Shown here: in pieces, positions 9,501-19,285 of the stretch
Numbering within the stretch: position 1 is the stretch's first letter
Layout: every line of letters begins with the position of its first letter
Origin: a virus
Strand: one strand, 5' to 3'
DNA: 64,000 bases
Virus record (IMG/VR): IMGVR_UViG_3300050821_005065
Location: 1-64,000 of that record
Program-made: the position numbers and the translations under genes
The notes under the pieces: generated by a model
Told to the model about the DNA's origin: nothing
The model's input: only the letters and a program-made list of their open reading frames with translations
The model's database searches: none

Positions 9501-10529
9501 ATGTCGCGTATCCTCTTTATCGTTAAATTCAGGGAAGACTCTGCGGGGCGCTGTGCCTACGATGGAACACCAGCCTGTTATGGCGGACTCTATCACTCGG
9601 CGCTCTTTGTTGTGCAAATGCTGCGCGCGGCTCATGTCGATGCCAAACTCGTGCAGGTCTGCGACAACAATGACATCGACCGCGAAGTAGACCGCTACAA
9701 GCCCGACATCGTGATTATCGAAGGCTTGTGGGTCATTCCCGAGAAATTCCTGATCCTGGCGCAACTTCATCCTCGGGTGCGCTGGGTCGTAAGGATTCAC
9801 AGCGAGATACCCTTCCTGGCCTATGAAGGAATTGCAATTCAATGGGTCGATGGATATGTGCGGCAACTACAAGTCTATGTTGCGGCAAATTCGACTTACG
9901 CAACCCGCGATTTACAGGTTGTCGTGGGGTCGCGTTACGCCAGTAAGATTCTGTGCCTCCCGAACTTCTACCCGCTATTGAATCAGGTCGCCAAGCGGCA
10001 GAACGCTTTCCTGGATATCGGTTGCTTCGGCGCGCTGCGGCCGCTCAAAAACCAGTTATTACAAGGGATAGCCGCAATTGAGTTTGCCGAGCGCGAAAAA
10101 CGCTCCCTACGCTTCCACATCAATGAACGATGCGAGCAGATGGGCGATTCTGTACTGAAAAACCTGCGCGCATTGTTTGACGCTCCAGGCCGGGAACTCG
10201 TCGAACATAAATGGGAGACGCGGGAGCAATTCCTCGAGACTCTCAGTTGTACCGATATCGGAATGCAAGTCTCGTTTTCTGAGACCTTCGACATCACGGC
10301 TGCCGACACCGTATCGCTCGGAATTCCCTTGGTGGCCTCGTCCGAAATCGTCTGGGCCTCGCCGCACGCGCAAGCCTCCGTCACCAATGTAGCCTCCATT
10401 GTGCAAAAGTTGCGTGACGTAACTTCCTCGGTCTTCGGTTGGTGGATTCGCAAAGATAGCCTCAAGAGGCTTCGTACTTATTGCGATCACAGCCGCGCTA
10501 CATGGCTTCACTTCGCAGAACAATTTTAG
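9501..10529 (+). CDS. Glycosyltransferase (GT-B fold, GT4-like)
   Basis: KPDIVIIEG; IGCFGALRPLKNQ; DIGMQVSFSETFDITAADTVSLGIPLVAS donor-binding motif. Confidence 0.8.
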   Translation: MSRILFIVKFREDSAGRCAYDGTPACYGGLYHSALFVVQMLRAAHVDAKLVQVCDNNDIDREVDRYKPDIVIIEGLWVIPEKFLILAQLHPRVRWVVRIHSEIPFLAYEGIAIQWVDGYVRQLQVYVAANSTYATRDLQVVVGSRYASKILCLPNFYPLLNQVAKRQNAFLDIGCFGALRPLKNQLLQGIAAIEFAEREKRSLRFHINERCEQMGDSVLKNLRALFDAPGRELVEHKWETREQFLETLSCTDIGMQVSFSETFDITAADTVSLGIPLVASSEIVWASPHAQASVTNVASIVQKLRDVTSSVFGWWIRKDSLKRLRTYCDHSRATWLHFAEQF

Positions 10530-10548
10530 TTTCCAAAGGAGAAACCAC

Positions 10549-11520
10549 ATGAAACGTACTTTGACCTCAACTCTAATCGCCCTTGCGCTGGTTGTCGCTT
10601 GCATTTGTATTGCGGCCCCGGCGTTCGCCCAAAACTACCCGCCCACCTGGGTCTTCGCCCGCGATTACAATTACTCGCCGGTCATCGGCCAGCAAGCCAA
10701 CACCTATACGTTCAATGGGGGAAGTTGCAACTATACTCCCACCGGGGGAAGCGTGAACGGCTTGGCGAATCCCATCTTCGATTTCTCAGGGGTCATCGTT
10801 TCAACTCCGGTGTACTTTCCGGTGTTCATCAACGATGCGACTCCGACGAATTCCGAGATTGTGACGCCCTCGGCAACGTCGAATACTCAGACAGTGTGCG
10901 GGTTCACGGCTTCGCCGGCGAACTCTCATACCACCTTCCAGCTTCAGTCGGGAACTGCCGGCTTGCAGGAAGCCGTCGCTTACCAGATCAACTCAGCGCC
11001 AAGCTCCGTGGTGATGCTCGATAAGTCTTGGTACACCTTGCTGACCGGGCTCGGTTCAACGCCTCCAAGTGCCGCGGCAGTCATCAACGCTTTGACCGGC
11101 AGCGCCAACGTGGAGATCGTCGATACCACCACGGCGCCGTGGGTGTCTTACTGCTGGAATGGGACGAACTACACCCCGTGTGCCAGCAATCAGACCGTGC
11201 CTGCAGTAGCGGCTGGTGCGGGCGCCGGAACCGGCCCAACTATTACCGTAGTTGGCACTGGCGTATCCGGGATTGTGACTCTGACCACGGGCACCACGCC
11301 GACGGCCTCGGCTACCATTTTTACCTTGACCTGGCCCGCGATCGCATCGGGCGGCTTCCAGTATGCTCCGAGTTGCACCATCTCAACCATCGGGACGCGG
11401 GCTTATACCGGAACCAACGCGAGCGTAGCTGGACCTCCGGCAGTCGATACCTACACTGCGACTTCCACGGCTCTCACGGCTTCAGTGAGCGGCTATAAGT
11501 GGTCGTATACCTGCCGATAA
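10549..11520 (+). CDS. Fibre-like protein with predicted signal peptide
   Basis: MKRTLTSTLIALALVVACICIAAPAFA|QNY; C-terminal GAGAGTGPT...GIVTLTTGT...YAPSC...KWSYTC resembles fibre tip domains. Confidence 0.7.
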   Translation: MKRTLTSTLIALALVVACICIAAPAFAQNYPPTWVFARDYNYSPVIGQQANTYTFNGGSCNYTPTGGSVNGLANPIFDFSGVIVSTPVYFPVFINDATPTNSEIVTPSATSNTQTVCGFTASPANSHTTFQLQSGTAGLQEAVAYQINSAPSSVVMLDKSWYTLLTGLGSTPPSAAAVINALTGSANVEIVDTTTAPWVSYCWNGTNYTPCASNQTVPAVAAGAGAGTGPTITVVGTGVSGIVTLTTGTTPTASATIFTLTWPAIASGGFQYAPSCTISTIGTRAYTGTNASVAGPPAVDTYTATSTALTASVSGYKWSYTCR

Positions 11521-11559
11521 GCTGATCGTCGAATCTGGCGAAAGGAATAGGTCTTAGCC

Positions 11560-13536
11560 ATGCGAATGCGTCTCTGTGCGTTTCTCCTCCTTGGTGCCGT
11601 GTTCGCTGCTCCCTTATGGGGGCAGCGGGCCGGACCGCAAAACATTACCGCAGCATCAGGTGCAGGTTCGTGTGCTTCGGTTCAAATCTCTTCCGGCCAA
11701 GCCTCGACCGTTGGGATTCAGATCGTCGGAACTTGGTCAGCCACGCTTCAGCCCCAGGTTAAAATTGCCGCGCAAACCGCAGTCAACACCACGGTCACGC
11801 CGGCGGGCTCGTCATCCTCGCAAGGGACGATCACCGCGAATGGGATCTATACCGCAGTGGTTGCGGGCATGGATTTCTTTCAAGTCTGTGCGACGGCCTA
11901 CACCTCGGGAACCGCCACTGTCTATTTCAATCTCTCGAATGGCGTAGCGATCAATCAGTTAGGCGGAGGAGCTTCCGGCGCGGTTGCGATCACAGTCAAC
12001 GGGGGAGGAGTCTTAACCTCTCCTGTAAATTTGCAGAACGGCACGAACACCACCGCATCAAATTCCGGATCGAACGTCCAATACAACGTTCCCACTGCTA
12101 CAAGTTCTGTTCTGGGAGTCGTCGAGCCGGACGGAACAACCATCGCCAACACCGCGGGTGCCATTAAGGTGGCGATCCCGAACTGTATCAGCACAGTCGC
12201 CAATCTGGGATTGTGTCCATCCCTGCAAGCCGGGATTCAGGCTGAAGTGACCGACGGCGCTTCAGTCACGGACTGCACCGTCGGAGGAGGCTCAACCTTG
12301 GTCTCCTGCGCTTACAACGGCGCATCGTGGGCGGCAACTTTTCCCGGTGGGTTATCCGTCGCAGGCAGTCAGTTCGCGGTGCAAACCAACAACGGCTCAG
12401 GCGGCCTTGCAGGAATCAATTCTCCAACAACCAACGGTTACTACGGTTGCGGATTCAATGTGACAGCAAGCGTAGCAGTTCTTTTTGGCTGCACGCTTCA
12501 GGGCGTAGCCATCGACACCAGCAATCCGGCAACTTTACTGTATAACGACCGCGCGGCCTATGTTGATTGGACTAGCGGCACGGGTTTGGCGCTCCCAGCA
12601 ATCAGCGGCCAGTTCGGCTCCAACTTCCCCTTCGTTCTAGAAAATAACGCAGGCTCTACTTTGACCATTACCCCGAATGCTGGAGCAAGCAATCTTATCG
12701 ACGGCAGCGCCACGGGAACCTTGCTGCCGGGCTTCGCGGCCTTTGTCTATAGCGATGGAGTTACGAACTGGGATTCGATCAAGTTCCCGACCTTTGGAGC
12801 GTTCCCCGCCTGCACTAATATCCTTCAGTTCAGCACGACCACAGGATTCAACTGTCCAGCCGCGCCGCCGGTTAATTTGGGCGTGACCAACGTCAAGCCA
12901 GCCGCGGATAGCACCTCGACCTTTAGCGTCACCGGGCAAACGTCAGGTACGAACGACTTTCAAGTTGATACGACAAACCATCGCACATGTATAGGTTGTG
13001 CTGGTGCGGCCCCAGCGGCCGGTTTGGATGTAGGTGGAGGAAAGTTTGAGGTCAACAACACCACTGGAGCTTGCCCCGTAATTAACGGATTCACGACAGT
13101 AGCTCCTGGCTGCACTCCGTTGATGAGCAACACGGCCAGTGGAACCTTGAATAATAATCTAGGTGCCACAACCTTAACGGCCTCGATCGCTGCGACTCAC
13201 TGGTATGTCGCCGAGTTCGAAGTTGTGCAAGTGGCTGCCGGAACAAGCTGTGCAACCGCAACATCTTTTGTGGTCAACATCATCGTCCAAGATCCGAATG
13301 CAGGCGGGGCGAGCACGGTGCCATTGATTCCGATCGGCACGACCAGTTCGACGATCAGCATCAGCGCCAGCACAGGGAATGGCGCGGCAGGAGCGCAACT
13401 GGCACAGCTTCACTACGCTTGGGCGCAGAAGGCGAGTCAGACGCCGCAGTACAGCGTTACCGGATATTCGGCAGGAACGGCTTGTTCTCCGGCTCCAACG
13501 TTCGCAATCAATCCCATCGTGATGATGACCAAATGA
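11560..13536 (+). CDS. Tail-fibre-like protein with predicted signal peptide
   Basis: MRMRLCAFLLLGAVFAAPLWG|QR; fibre-type motifs PTATSSVLGVVEPDGTTI, TVANLGLC...VTDG...GGGS...NGASW and AVQTNNGSGGLAG. Confidence 0.7.
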   Translation: MRMRLCAFLLLGAVFAAPLWGQRAGPQNITAASGAGSCASVQISSGQASTVGIQIVGTWSATLQPQVKIAAQTAVNTTVTPAGSSSSQGTITANGIYTAVVAGMDFFQVCATAYTSGTATVYFNLSNGVAINQLGGGASGAVAITVNGGGVLTSPVNLQNGTNTTASNSGSNVQYNVPTATSSVLGVVEPDGTTIANTAGAIKVAIPNCISTVANLGLCPSLQAGIQAEVTDGASVTDCTVGGGSTLVSCAYNGASWAATFPGGLSVAGSQFAVQTNNGSGGLAGINSPTTNGYYGCGFNVTASVAVLFGCTLQGVAIDTSNPATLLYNDRAAYVDWTSGTGLALPAISGQFGSNFPFVLENNAGSTLTITPNAGASNLIDGSATGTLLPGFAAFVYSDGVTNWDSIKFPTFGAFPACTNILQFSTTTGFNCPAAPPVNLGVTNVKPAADSTSTFSVTGQTSGTNDFQVDTTNHRTCIGCAGAAPAAGLDVGGGKFEVNNTTGACPVINGFTTVAPGCTPLMSNTASGTLNNNLGATTLTASIAATHWYVAEFEVVQVAAGTSCATATSFVVNIIVQDPNAGGASTVPLIPIGTTSSTISISASTGNGAAGAQLAQLHYAWAQKASQTPQYSVTGYSAGTACSPAPTFAINPIVMMTK

Positions 13537-16500
13537 AGCGCCTCCTTCTCATCTTCGCGCTGCTGTGCGGCTCGGCCTTCGGGACGACCTATTTCGCGCC
13601 CACTTCCGCCGGATCGAACAACGGTACGGACTGCGCGGACGCTTACGCGATTGGGGACGTGGCGCACGGTATCAACGTCTCGGGAAATTGGACGGCGGGG
13701 AATACCATACACGTCTGTTCGGGAACATATACCGGATCGGCAGGATCGACGCTCATTACAGCGGCGGGCAGCGGATCGAGCGGCAATCCGATCAATCTCT
13801 ATCTCGATCCCGGAGCGGTTCTGACCGCTCCCTACTGGGCGGCAGGAAATGGGGCAATCAACATCTCCGGCCAAAGTTGGATTACCGTGGATGGATGGGT
13901 GGGTCATTCCTGTGGTTTCGTTAATGCCGTAGATGTGACTTGCGGCGGAGCGATAATTGAAAACTCCGCGAATGGCTCGAAGCTTGCCAACCAACAGAAT
14001 TCCCGTGGAGTATTCGCCGATCCCTGCCAGAACTGCATCGTCCGTGGGATTAATTTTCAGAATCTCTACGTTCACACCCTGCCACAAGCGGTGACTTCAA
14101 CCACCATCGTCGGCTCCGGGAACGGCGCTACGATTACGATCAACTGCACGGCATCCTGTCTCTTTCCGGTTGGAGCTGTCGTCAGCTTAATTCAGACCTC
14201 GAACGCGAGCATCAACTCGCACAATGGCTGCGGCCAGCCCATCACGATTACCAACGTCAGTCCTTCGACGCAGGTTACAGGTACGATCAACTCGACTTTC
14301 TGCGGTCTGACTCCGTCCGGCAGTTCCACGGGCGGAGCGGTAGCGGAAGTCGGTATCTCCAACTCTCAAGTAAACGCGGTTTACTTCTCCGGCCAGAACA
14401 CACAGGTTTGCAATAACTGGATTTCCAATTCTGCTTGGGCCATAATTGCGCACGCCGAAACGAATGATACCGGGATTCAAATTTGCCATAATCATATTGA
14501 CTCCAGCGACCACACCGTCGCCTACTCACCCAACAACGAGACCACGGCTTATACAGCCTATATCTACGGCAACCACTTCACGAACTTCATGAACTGGGAT
14601 TCTGGTTGCGGGCCGGAGAATGGAGCCTGTTCAACGTGGGATACGGGATCGAATAACTATCACCACGATGGTATCCACTTCTTCGATGGCGGAGTCAGCG
14701 TCTCCTACACGATGTTCATTTATAACAACGTGTGTGACGGAACTATTGGAGTGAACGCAACCGGCTGCTATTTCGCGGAAGGCACGACCTCCTCGAATCT
14801 GGCCTCAACAACTTACTATTTCAACAATGTAGCTGTGAGCCAGCCGACCAACACCAGCGGCCAAGGGCACACGATGTTCGTCGGCGGATGCCTCTCCGGT
14901 GGATCGACGCGGAATTGCTTCGTTTACAACAATACGGTGTTATCGGCGGCAAACGCCTCCGATGTAGCATACGACACCTCCGGCACGGACGCGCTGTTCA
15001 AGAATAACGCGGCACAATCCAGCGGCTCATACCTGCAATGGAATAACTGGACGATCACAACGCCCTCGACCGACATCGACTACAACGCCTATGCCGATAA
15101 TGGGCAGTGCGGCGGTAACGGTTGCTGGAATTGGGGCGCTCAAGGCATCGACGCCTCTAGCCTGGCAGCATGGAAGTCTGCGTGTGTCTGCGATAGCCAC
15201 GGAGTATACGCGGCTTCACTCGGAATCAATTCCAGTACGTACGTTCCGACGAGTACAGGATCGTTAGTCTACCATGCCGGAGTCAATCTAACCTCGGTTT
15301 GCAGCGGCCAACCCAGTCCCGGTTTAGGCGATTTGTGCTCGGATGCGGCTGGAGTCGCAAGGCCGAACTCGGCATGGGATGTGGGAGCATTCCAGTTCGG
15401 AGTAACTGTCACGGTCGCCACTCCAACGCTCTCTCTGGCAGCGGGAAGTTATGCCAACGCGCAAACGACTATCTGTGCAACGAGCACTCCGGGAGCATCC
15501 TGCGTCTACACGGCAGATGGCACCACACCAACGGTCTCCGGCACAACCTGCACTGTCACAAACGGCAACCTTGCACCGAATAACTACGTGCTCCCGGTAA
15601 GTCAGTCAGTGACGATTGCAGTTATTGGTTGCCTCTCTGGAGATACGGCAAGTTCGACCGTCTCGGCAGCCTATACCATCACCTATTCCTCGACGATAGC
15701 GGCCAGCAACTTCGGTTTACAATGTGGCTTCAGCAATGGAGCGTGCAAGAATCCCTCTCCTCCGCCGCTGGTCCTGTGGCCGACCTCAATTGCGACACCC
15801 TCAGTGGTTCGCATGTTGAGTTCCAACACCGATTGGGCAACGATGCAGCCGAACTCCAGCGGGATTGTTTACACCGACCTCGACGGCTACCTCGACGCAC
15901 TGGCGGCGACGGCGCTTGTAAGCGGGAATCCAGCTGCAGCCGACGAGGTATTTATCTCGGTGCCATGCTATCTAGCAGCCGCTCCGACGCCATGCCCCAC
16001 GGCCAGCCAGCCGGCGCACGGAACCAATAGTCCGCCCGCCGATCTGGTCGCTTCCGGATCTCCATCGTTCAACGCCTTCGTGACAGCGTTCGTTAACCAC
16101 TGCTCGGTTGCGGGAAATTGCGTCAAAAATCTCATCAAGTATTACGAAATGTGGAACGAACCCAACCTGCCTTACTCATGGGCGGGGACGGAACTTCAGT
16201 TGGAGCAGATGATTGCTCCTGCGGCACAGATCATCGCGGCCAACGTTCCGAACGCCGTGATCATGACGCCCTCTTTTAGTTCAGGAGGAAGCGGTTACAC
16301 CACCTACGCAAGCAACTGGCTAACGTTTGAAAACACGGTTGGACCTTTTTCGAGCATCGTCTTGCTGCACGACTACCTTGGGACTTCCATCCCAGAATCC
16401 CGCGGCCCGCCTGGTGCCTTTGCCACAGCCGTCCACGGTGTCGCCGGCTGGTCGAACGCGCTATTAGGTAACGACGAAACGAACTGGGCCGCCAGCAATA

Positions 16501-16973
16501 ATTTCAAGTGCGTGGGTTATAGCACCGCCGACTGCATCGGGCAAATCGTGCGATGGCAACTCATTCAAGCGAGCAAGGGTTACGCAGCCATCTGGTGGTT
16601 CGTTTGGAATGGAACCATCGGCAACGGGCCCGTGGGCTACGCCAGCGCTTATTACTGGGCAGAGCAATATTTGATTGGCGGGCACTTCACCGGGGCGGCC
16701 AGTGGCACAGGGACGCCGCCAGTCTGGACGGCTCCGTTCGTCGAAGGCAATGGCAAGACGGCGCTGTGGGTGTGGACGACGAGTGAAAGTGGAACGACCT
16801 ATACGGTGCCGAGCAACTACACGGATTACCGCGACATTTCGGGCGGATCGACTCCGATAACAGCGGGAAACAGTATCGCAATCAGCGTGCAGCCCATCAT
16901 GTTGGAACAAGGTACAAGCGTACTGCCGCCAGCAACGGTGAATGCGGCGATCGCGCTGTTAGCACAAAACTAA
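13533..16973 (+). CDS. Secreted-type multidomain protein: beta-helix, chitobiase C-terminal-like linker and clan GH-A (GH39-like) glycoside hydrolase
   Basis: MKRLLLIFALLCGSAFG| signal; parallel beta-helix repeats (HHDGIHFF, IYNN); DAAGVARP...WDVGAFQF; VATPTLS...YTADGTTPT; YYEMWNEPN acid/base motif and DETNW nucleophile-like motif. Confidence 0.75.
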   Translation: MKRLLLIFALLCGSAFGTTYFAPTSAGSNNGTDCADAYAIGDVAHGINVSGNWTAGNTIHVCSGTYTGSAGSTLITAAGSGSSGNPINLYLDPGAVLTAPYWAAGNGAINISGQSWITVDGWVGHSCGFVNAVDVTCGGAIIENSANGSKLANQQNSRGVFADPCQNCIVRGINFQNLYVHTLPQAVTSTTIVGSGNGATITINCTASCLFPVGAVVSLIQTSNASINSHNGCGQPITITNVSPSTQVTGTINSTFCGLTPSGSSTGGAVAEVGISNSQVNAVYFSGQNTQVCNNWISNSAWAIIAHAETNDTGIQICHNHIDSSDHTVAYSPNNETTAYTAYIYGNHFTNFMNWDSGCGPENGACSTWDTGSNNYHHDGIHFFDGGVSVSYTMFIYNNVCDGTIGVNATGCYFAEGTTSSNLASTTYYFNNVAVSQPTNTSGQGHTMFVGGCLSGGSTRNCFVYNNTVLSAANASDVAYDTSGTDALFKNNAAQSSGSYLQWNNWTITTPSTDIDYNAYADNGQCGGNGCWNWGAQGIDASSLAAWKSACVCDSHGVYAASLGINSSTYVPTSTGSLVYHAGVNLTSVCSGQPSPGLGDLCSDAAGVARPNSAWDVGAFQFGVTVTVATPTLSLAAGSYANAQTTICATSTPGASCVYTADGTTPTVSGTTCTVTNGNLAPNNYVLPVSQSVTIAVIGCLSGDTASSTVSAAYTITYSSTIAASNFGLQCGFSNGACKNPSPPPLVLWPTSIATPSVVRMLSSNTDWATMQPNSSGIVYTDLDGYLDALAATALVSGNPAAADEVFISVPCYLAAAPTPCPTASQPAHGTNSPPADLVASGSPSFNAFVTAFVNHCSVAGNCVKNLIKYYEMWNEPNLPYSWAGTELQLEQMIAPAAQIIAANVPNAVIMTPSFSSGGSGYTTYASNWLTFENTVGPFSSIVLLHDYLGTSIPESRGPPGAFATAVHGVAGWSNALLGNDETNWAASNNFKCVGYSTADCIGQIVRWQLIQASKGYAAIWWFVWNGTIGNGPVGYASAYYWAEQYLIGGHFTGAASGTGTPPVWTAPFVEGNGKTALWVWTTSESGTTYTVPSNYTDYRDISGGSTPITAGNSIAISVQPIMLEQGTSVLPPATVNAAIALLAQN

Positions 16974-16996
16974 AAAGAGAAGAGAGGAATCACAAA

Positions 16997-17377
16997 ATGA
17001 AACGAATCCTGCTGGCAGTTCTGGTTCTCATGCTGGGGGTAGTCGCACAAGCCCAGGCATCATCGCCTTGCGGAGTTGTACCGACTCCGGGCGCTCCGCA
17101 TGTGTGCTTTAGCTGGTCCGCGTCCCCGACGCAAGGCGTGGCCTATAACGTCTACCGGGCGACGACTTCCGGTGGAGAGAATTACGCGACTCCGCTCAAC
17201 GCGGTGCCGCTGACCACGCTATACTTTTATGACACGACTGTGGTTGACGGAACAAAATACTTCTACACGGTGACCGCCGAGACTGGAGGTGCGCAAAGCT
17301 TGCCTTCTCCAGAGGCAAGCTCAATAGTCCCAGTGCCTCCTTCTGCCCCGACATCCCCCGCAGCTATCATTGATTAA
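16997..17377 (+). CDS. Single fibronectin type III domain protein with signal peptide
   Basis: MKRILLAVLVLMLGVVAQAQA|; WSAS...YNVYRATTSGG...YDTTV...YFYTVTA. Confidence 0.8.
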   Translation: MKRILLAVLVLMLGVVAQAQASSPCGVVPTPGAPHVCFSWSASPTQGVAYNVYRATTSGGENYATPLNAVPLTTLYFYDTTVVDGTKYFYTVTAETGGAQSLPSPEASSIVPVPPSAPTSPAAIID

Positions 17378-17422
17378 GTGTCAAACAACCTCGTATCCCA
17401 AAATGTAAAACAGGAGGAAACC

Positions 17423-17695
17423 ATGAACGCATTCTTGACCTATGTAAAGGCGAACTGGAAGACGAACTTGGCGGCAGTGGCCGCATTCGCTTATTCGGTG
17501 CCTCAGTTCGTCACCGCCATTACCGCATGGCAGGCCGGACAACAGCCAAACTGGCACGCTGCGGTTATCAGCATCATTGTGGCTGCTGGACTTGCTGCTG
17601 CCAAGGACGGCACGAATCATTCCACGATGGCCCAAGTGAAAGCCTCGACTGCTGCTGTAGAGGAATCTAAGGCTACGGCGACGGGTACTCCCTAA
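17423..17695 (+). CDS. Putative holin
   Basis: CAGGAGG RBS; two hydrophobic segments, NWKT...GLAAAKD pattern; near the endolysin. Confidence 0.6.
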   Translation: MNAFLTYVKANWKTNLAAVAAFAYSVPQFVTAITAWQAGQQPNWHAAVISIIVAAGLAAAKDGTNHSTMAQVKASTAAVEESKATATGTP

Positions 17696-17703
17696 CCAAT
17701 GAA

Positions 17704-17844
17704 ATGCAGCCGAAAGAACTAACGATCCTCGCGAGGAAGATTCGCGAACTGGAGCGGAACATCGAGATCAATCCGAAAGGCGGTCTCGTGCTCGCAATGA
17801 AAGCTAGAATCGCGCAGTTGAAGAAGCAGTTGGAGGGAAAATGA
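17704..17844 (+). CDS. Small basic coiled-coil protein
   Basis: MQPKELTILARKIRELERN...QLEGK; ATGA overlap with the next gene. Confidence 0.5.
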   Translation: MQPKELTILARKIRELERNIEINPKGGLVLAMKARIAQLKKQLEGK

Positions 17845-18650
17845 ACACGCTATTCGACATTCTCAAGAAGCCTGTCCTGTTCCACTTGGTTCTCTACCAA
17901 GGCAAGAATGGTATCGCAACTTCTCCTACGGCCTACCTGTCGAACGATCCCGACGTAATTGGTGACCAGCTTTCCGCGATGCAGAATCTTGGTGGTCCCG
18001 GCTGCGGCGTCATCGGCCTAACCTACGGGCCAACCGTCAGTTCTTTCATCAACTCCGCTGCGGAAGAAGTGTGCGCCCAATGCGCCGAGAGAGAGATGCC
18101 GTTTGCGCTCTGTTACGATCCTTGGGTTGTGAAGAATCCCGATGGCTCGATGCCGACCGTTGCTATCGCTACCCAGAAGATGATTGCCGCGCTGGAAAAT
18201 CCAATCACGCAGGCCATGATGGACTCGAAGACCTACATCTCCAGCATTAATGGGATCAGCGGCAAATTGGTGCTCGACTTCGGAACCACCGCGACACCAT
18301 CGGCGGTGACTGCTGCCATGAAGGGAACGACCTACTGGCAGAACAGCGTAGATTACGCTTGGCCGCTCATTGCCGACAATAACGGACCCGCGCCTGTCAA
18401 CAACACGACTGCGAAGTTGCCGTGCGTTTGCCGCGCTTTTAATGACGGCACTGGCCCAAATCGCAATGTGTCAATCTGGACTCCGACCAAGCCCGCGCGG
18501 ATCATTCCGGCGAACGCTGGAAGTTATTTTTGGTCGCTGGCGAACGCGATGAATCCTGCCGCCGAGTACGCGCAGGTAGTCACTTGGAATGATGTTCTGG
18601 AGGGAACTGACATCGAGTCGTTCGCCGCAATACTGTACGGCAAGATTTAA
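17841..18650 (+). CDS. Glycoside hydrolase, GH99/GH71-like
   Basis: YLSNDPDVIGDQL near the N-terminus; C-terminal VVTWNDVLEGTDIE motif. Confidence 0.6.
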   Translation: MNTLFDILKKPVLFHLVLYQGKNGIATSPTAYLSNDPDVIGDQLSAMQNLGGPGCGVIGLTYGPTVSSFINSAAEEVCAQCAEREMPFALCYDPWVVKNPDGSMPTVAIATQKMIAALENPITQAMMDSKTYISSINGISGKLVLDFGTTATPSAVTAAMKGTTYWQNSVDYAWPLIADNNGPAPVNNTTAKLPCVCRAFNDGTGPNRNVSIWTPTKPARIIPANAGSYFWSLANAMNPAAEYAQVVTWNDVLEGTDIESFAAILYGKI

Positions 18651-18695
18651 CCTTGCGCTCGGAAACTCCAACCTGGTAACAAAGAAAGCGGTCTC

Positions 18696-18923
18696 ATGGA
18701 ATGGTTACTGGCGGCCGAGCAGCACATCCAATTCGGCGGATTCGTGATCATCGCGACCTGGCTGGCAAAGAAGTATCGCGTGGATCTGGAAATTAAAAGG
18801 CGCTTGAATACTTTGTGGTATGACCGCTGCGCTACAAAACAGGAAGTCTATCAGCCGGTGGAGAATGGGACGCCTCCGATTCTTCCCCCAAGGCCAGTAT
18901 ATTCGAGGCGGCATTTGGACTAA
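18696..18923 (+). CDS. Small membrane protein in the lysis region
   Basis: N-terminal hydrophobic stretch; coupled to the next ORF. Confidence 0.5.
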   Translation: MEWLLAAEQHIQFGGFVIIATWLAKKYRVDLEIKRRLNTLWYDRCATKQEVYQPVENGTPPILPPRPVYSRRHLD

Positions 18924-19285
18924 TGGTGGCCTCTCAAGAAACGGTTACACTCACGGTCGAGCACTTTGTAGACCGGGAGATCGGCCATCTCAAAGAGAAG
19001 ATGGAGTTGCGATTTGATTCACAAGCAGAAGCATTAGCGCTTGCGATGGTACGGCTGAACGAGCGTCTTGCCGAGATGAATGAGCTTCGCGGCCAGATCG
19101 CTACGGAACGAGGTTCGTACCTCACGAGAGAGGCTTACGAGCGAGAGCACAAGATCGTGAGCGACCGGGCAGGAGCGCTGGAGCTTCAAGCCAGCAAATG
19201 GTCGGGAAGCATCTGGATGTTGGGTGGGGTTATCAGCTTGGTCGTGGTAGGGATTAATATTCTGCTGAGAATGTGGCCGAAATGA
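18923..19285 (+). CDS. Coiled-coil protein with C-terminal transmembrane helix (lysis-associated)
   Basis: Coiled coil followed by IWMLGGVISLVVVGINILL; directly before the endolysin. Confidence 0.6.
   Translation: MVASQETVTLTVEHFVDREIGHLKEKMELRFDSQAEALALAMVRLNERLAEMNELRGQIATERGSYLTREAYEREHKIVSDRAGALELQASKWSGSIWMLGGVISLVVVGINILLRMWPK

Noticed and set aside
9493-9503. TAGAACCTA immediately before the ATGs at 9501 and 29569
   Set aside because: Only two instances with different spacing; could be chance
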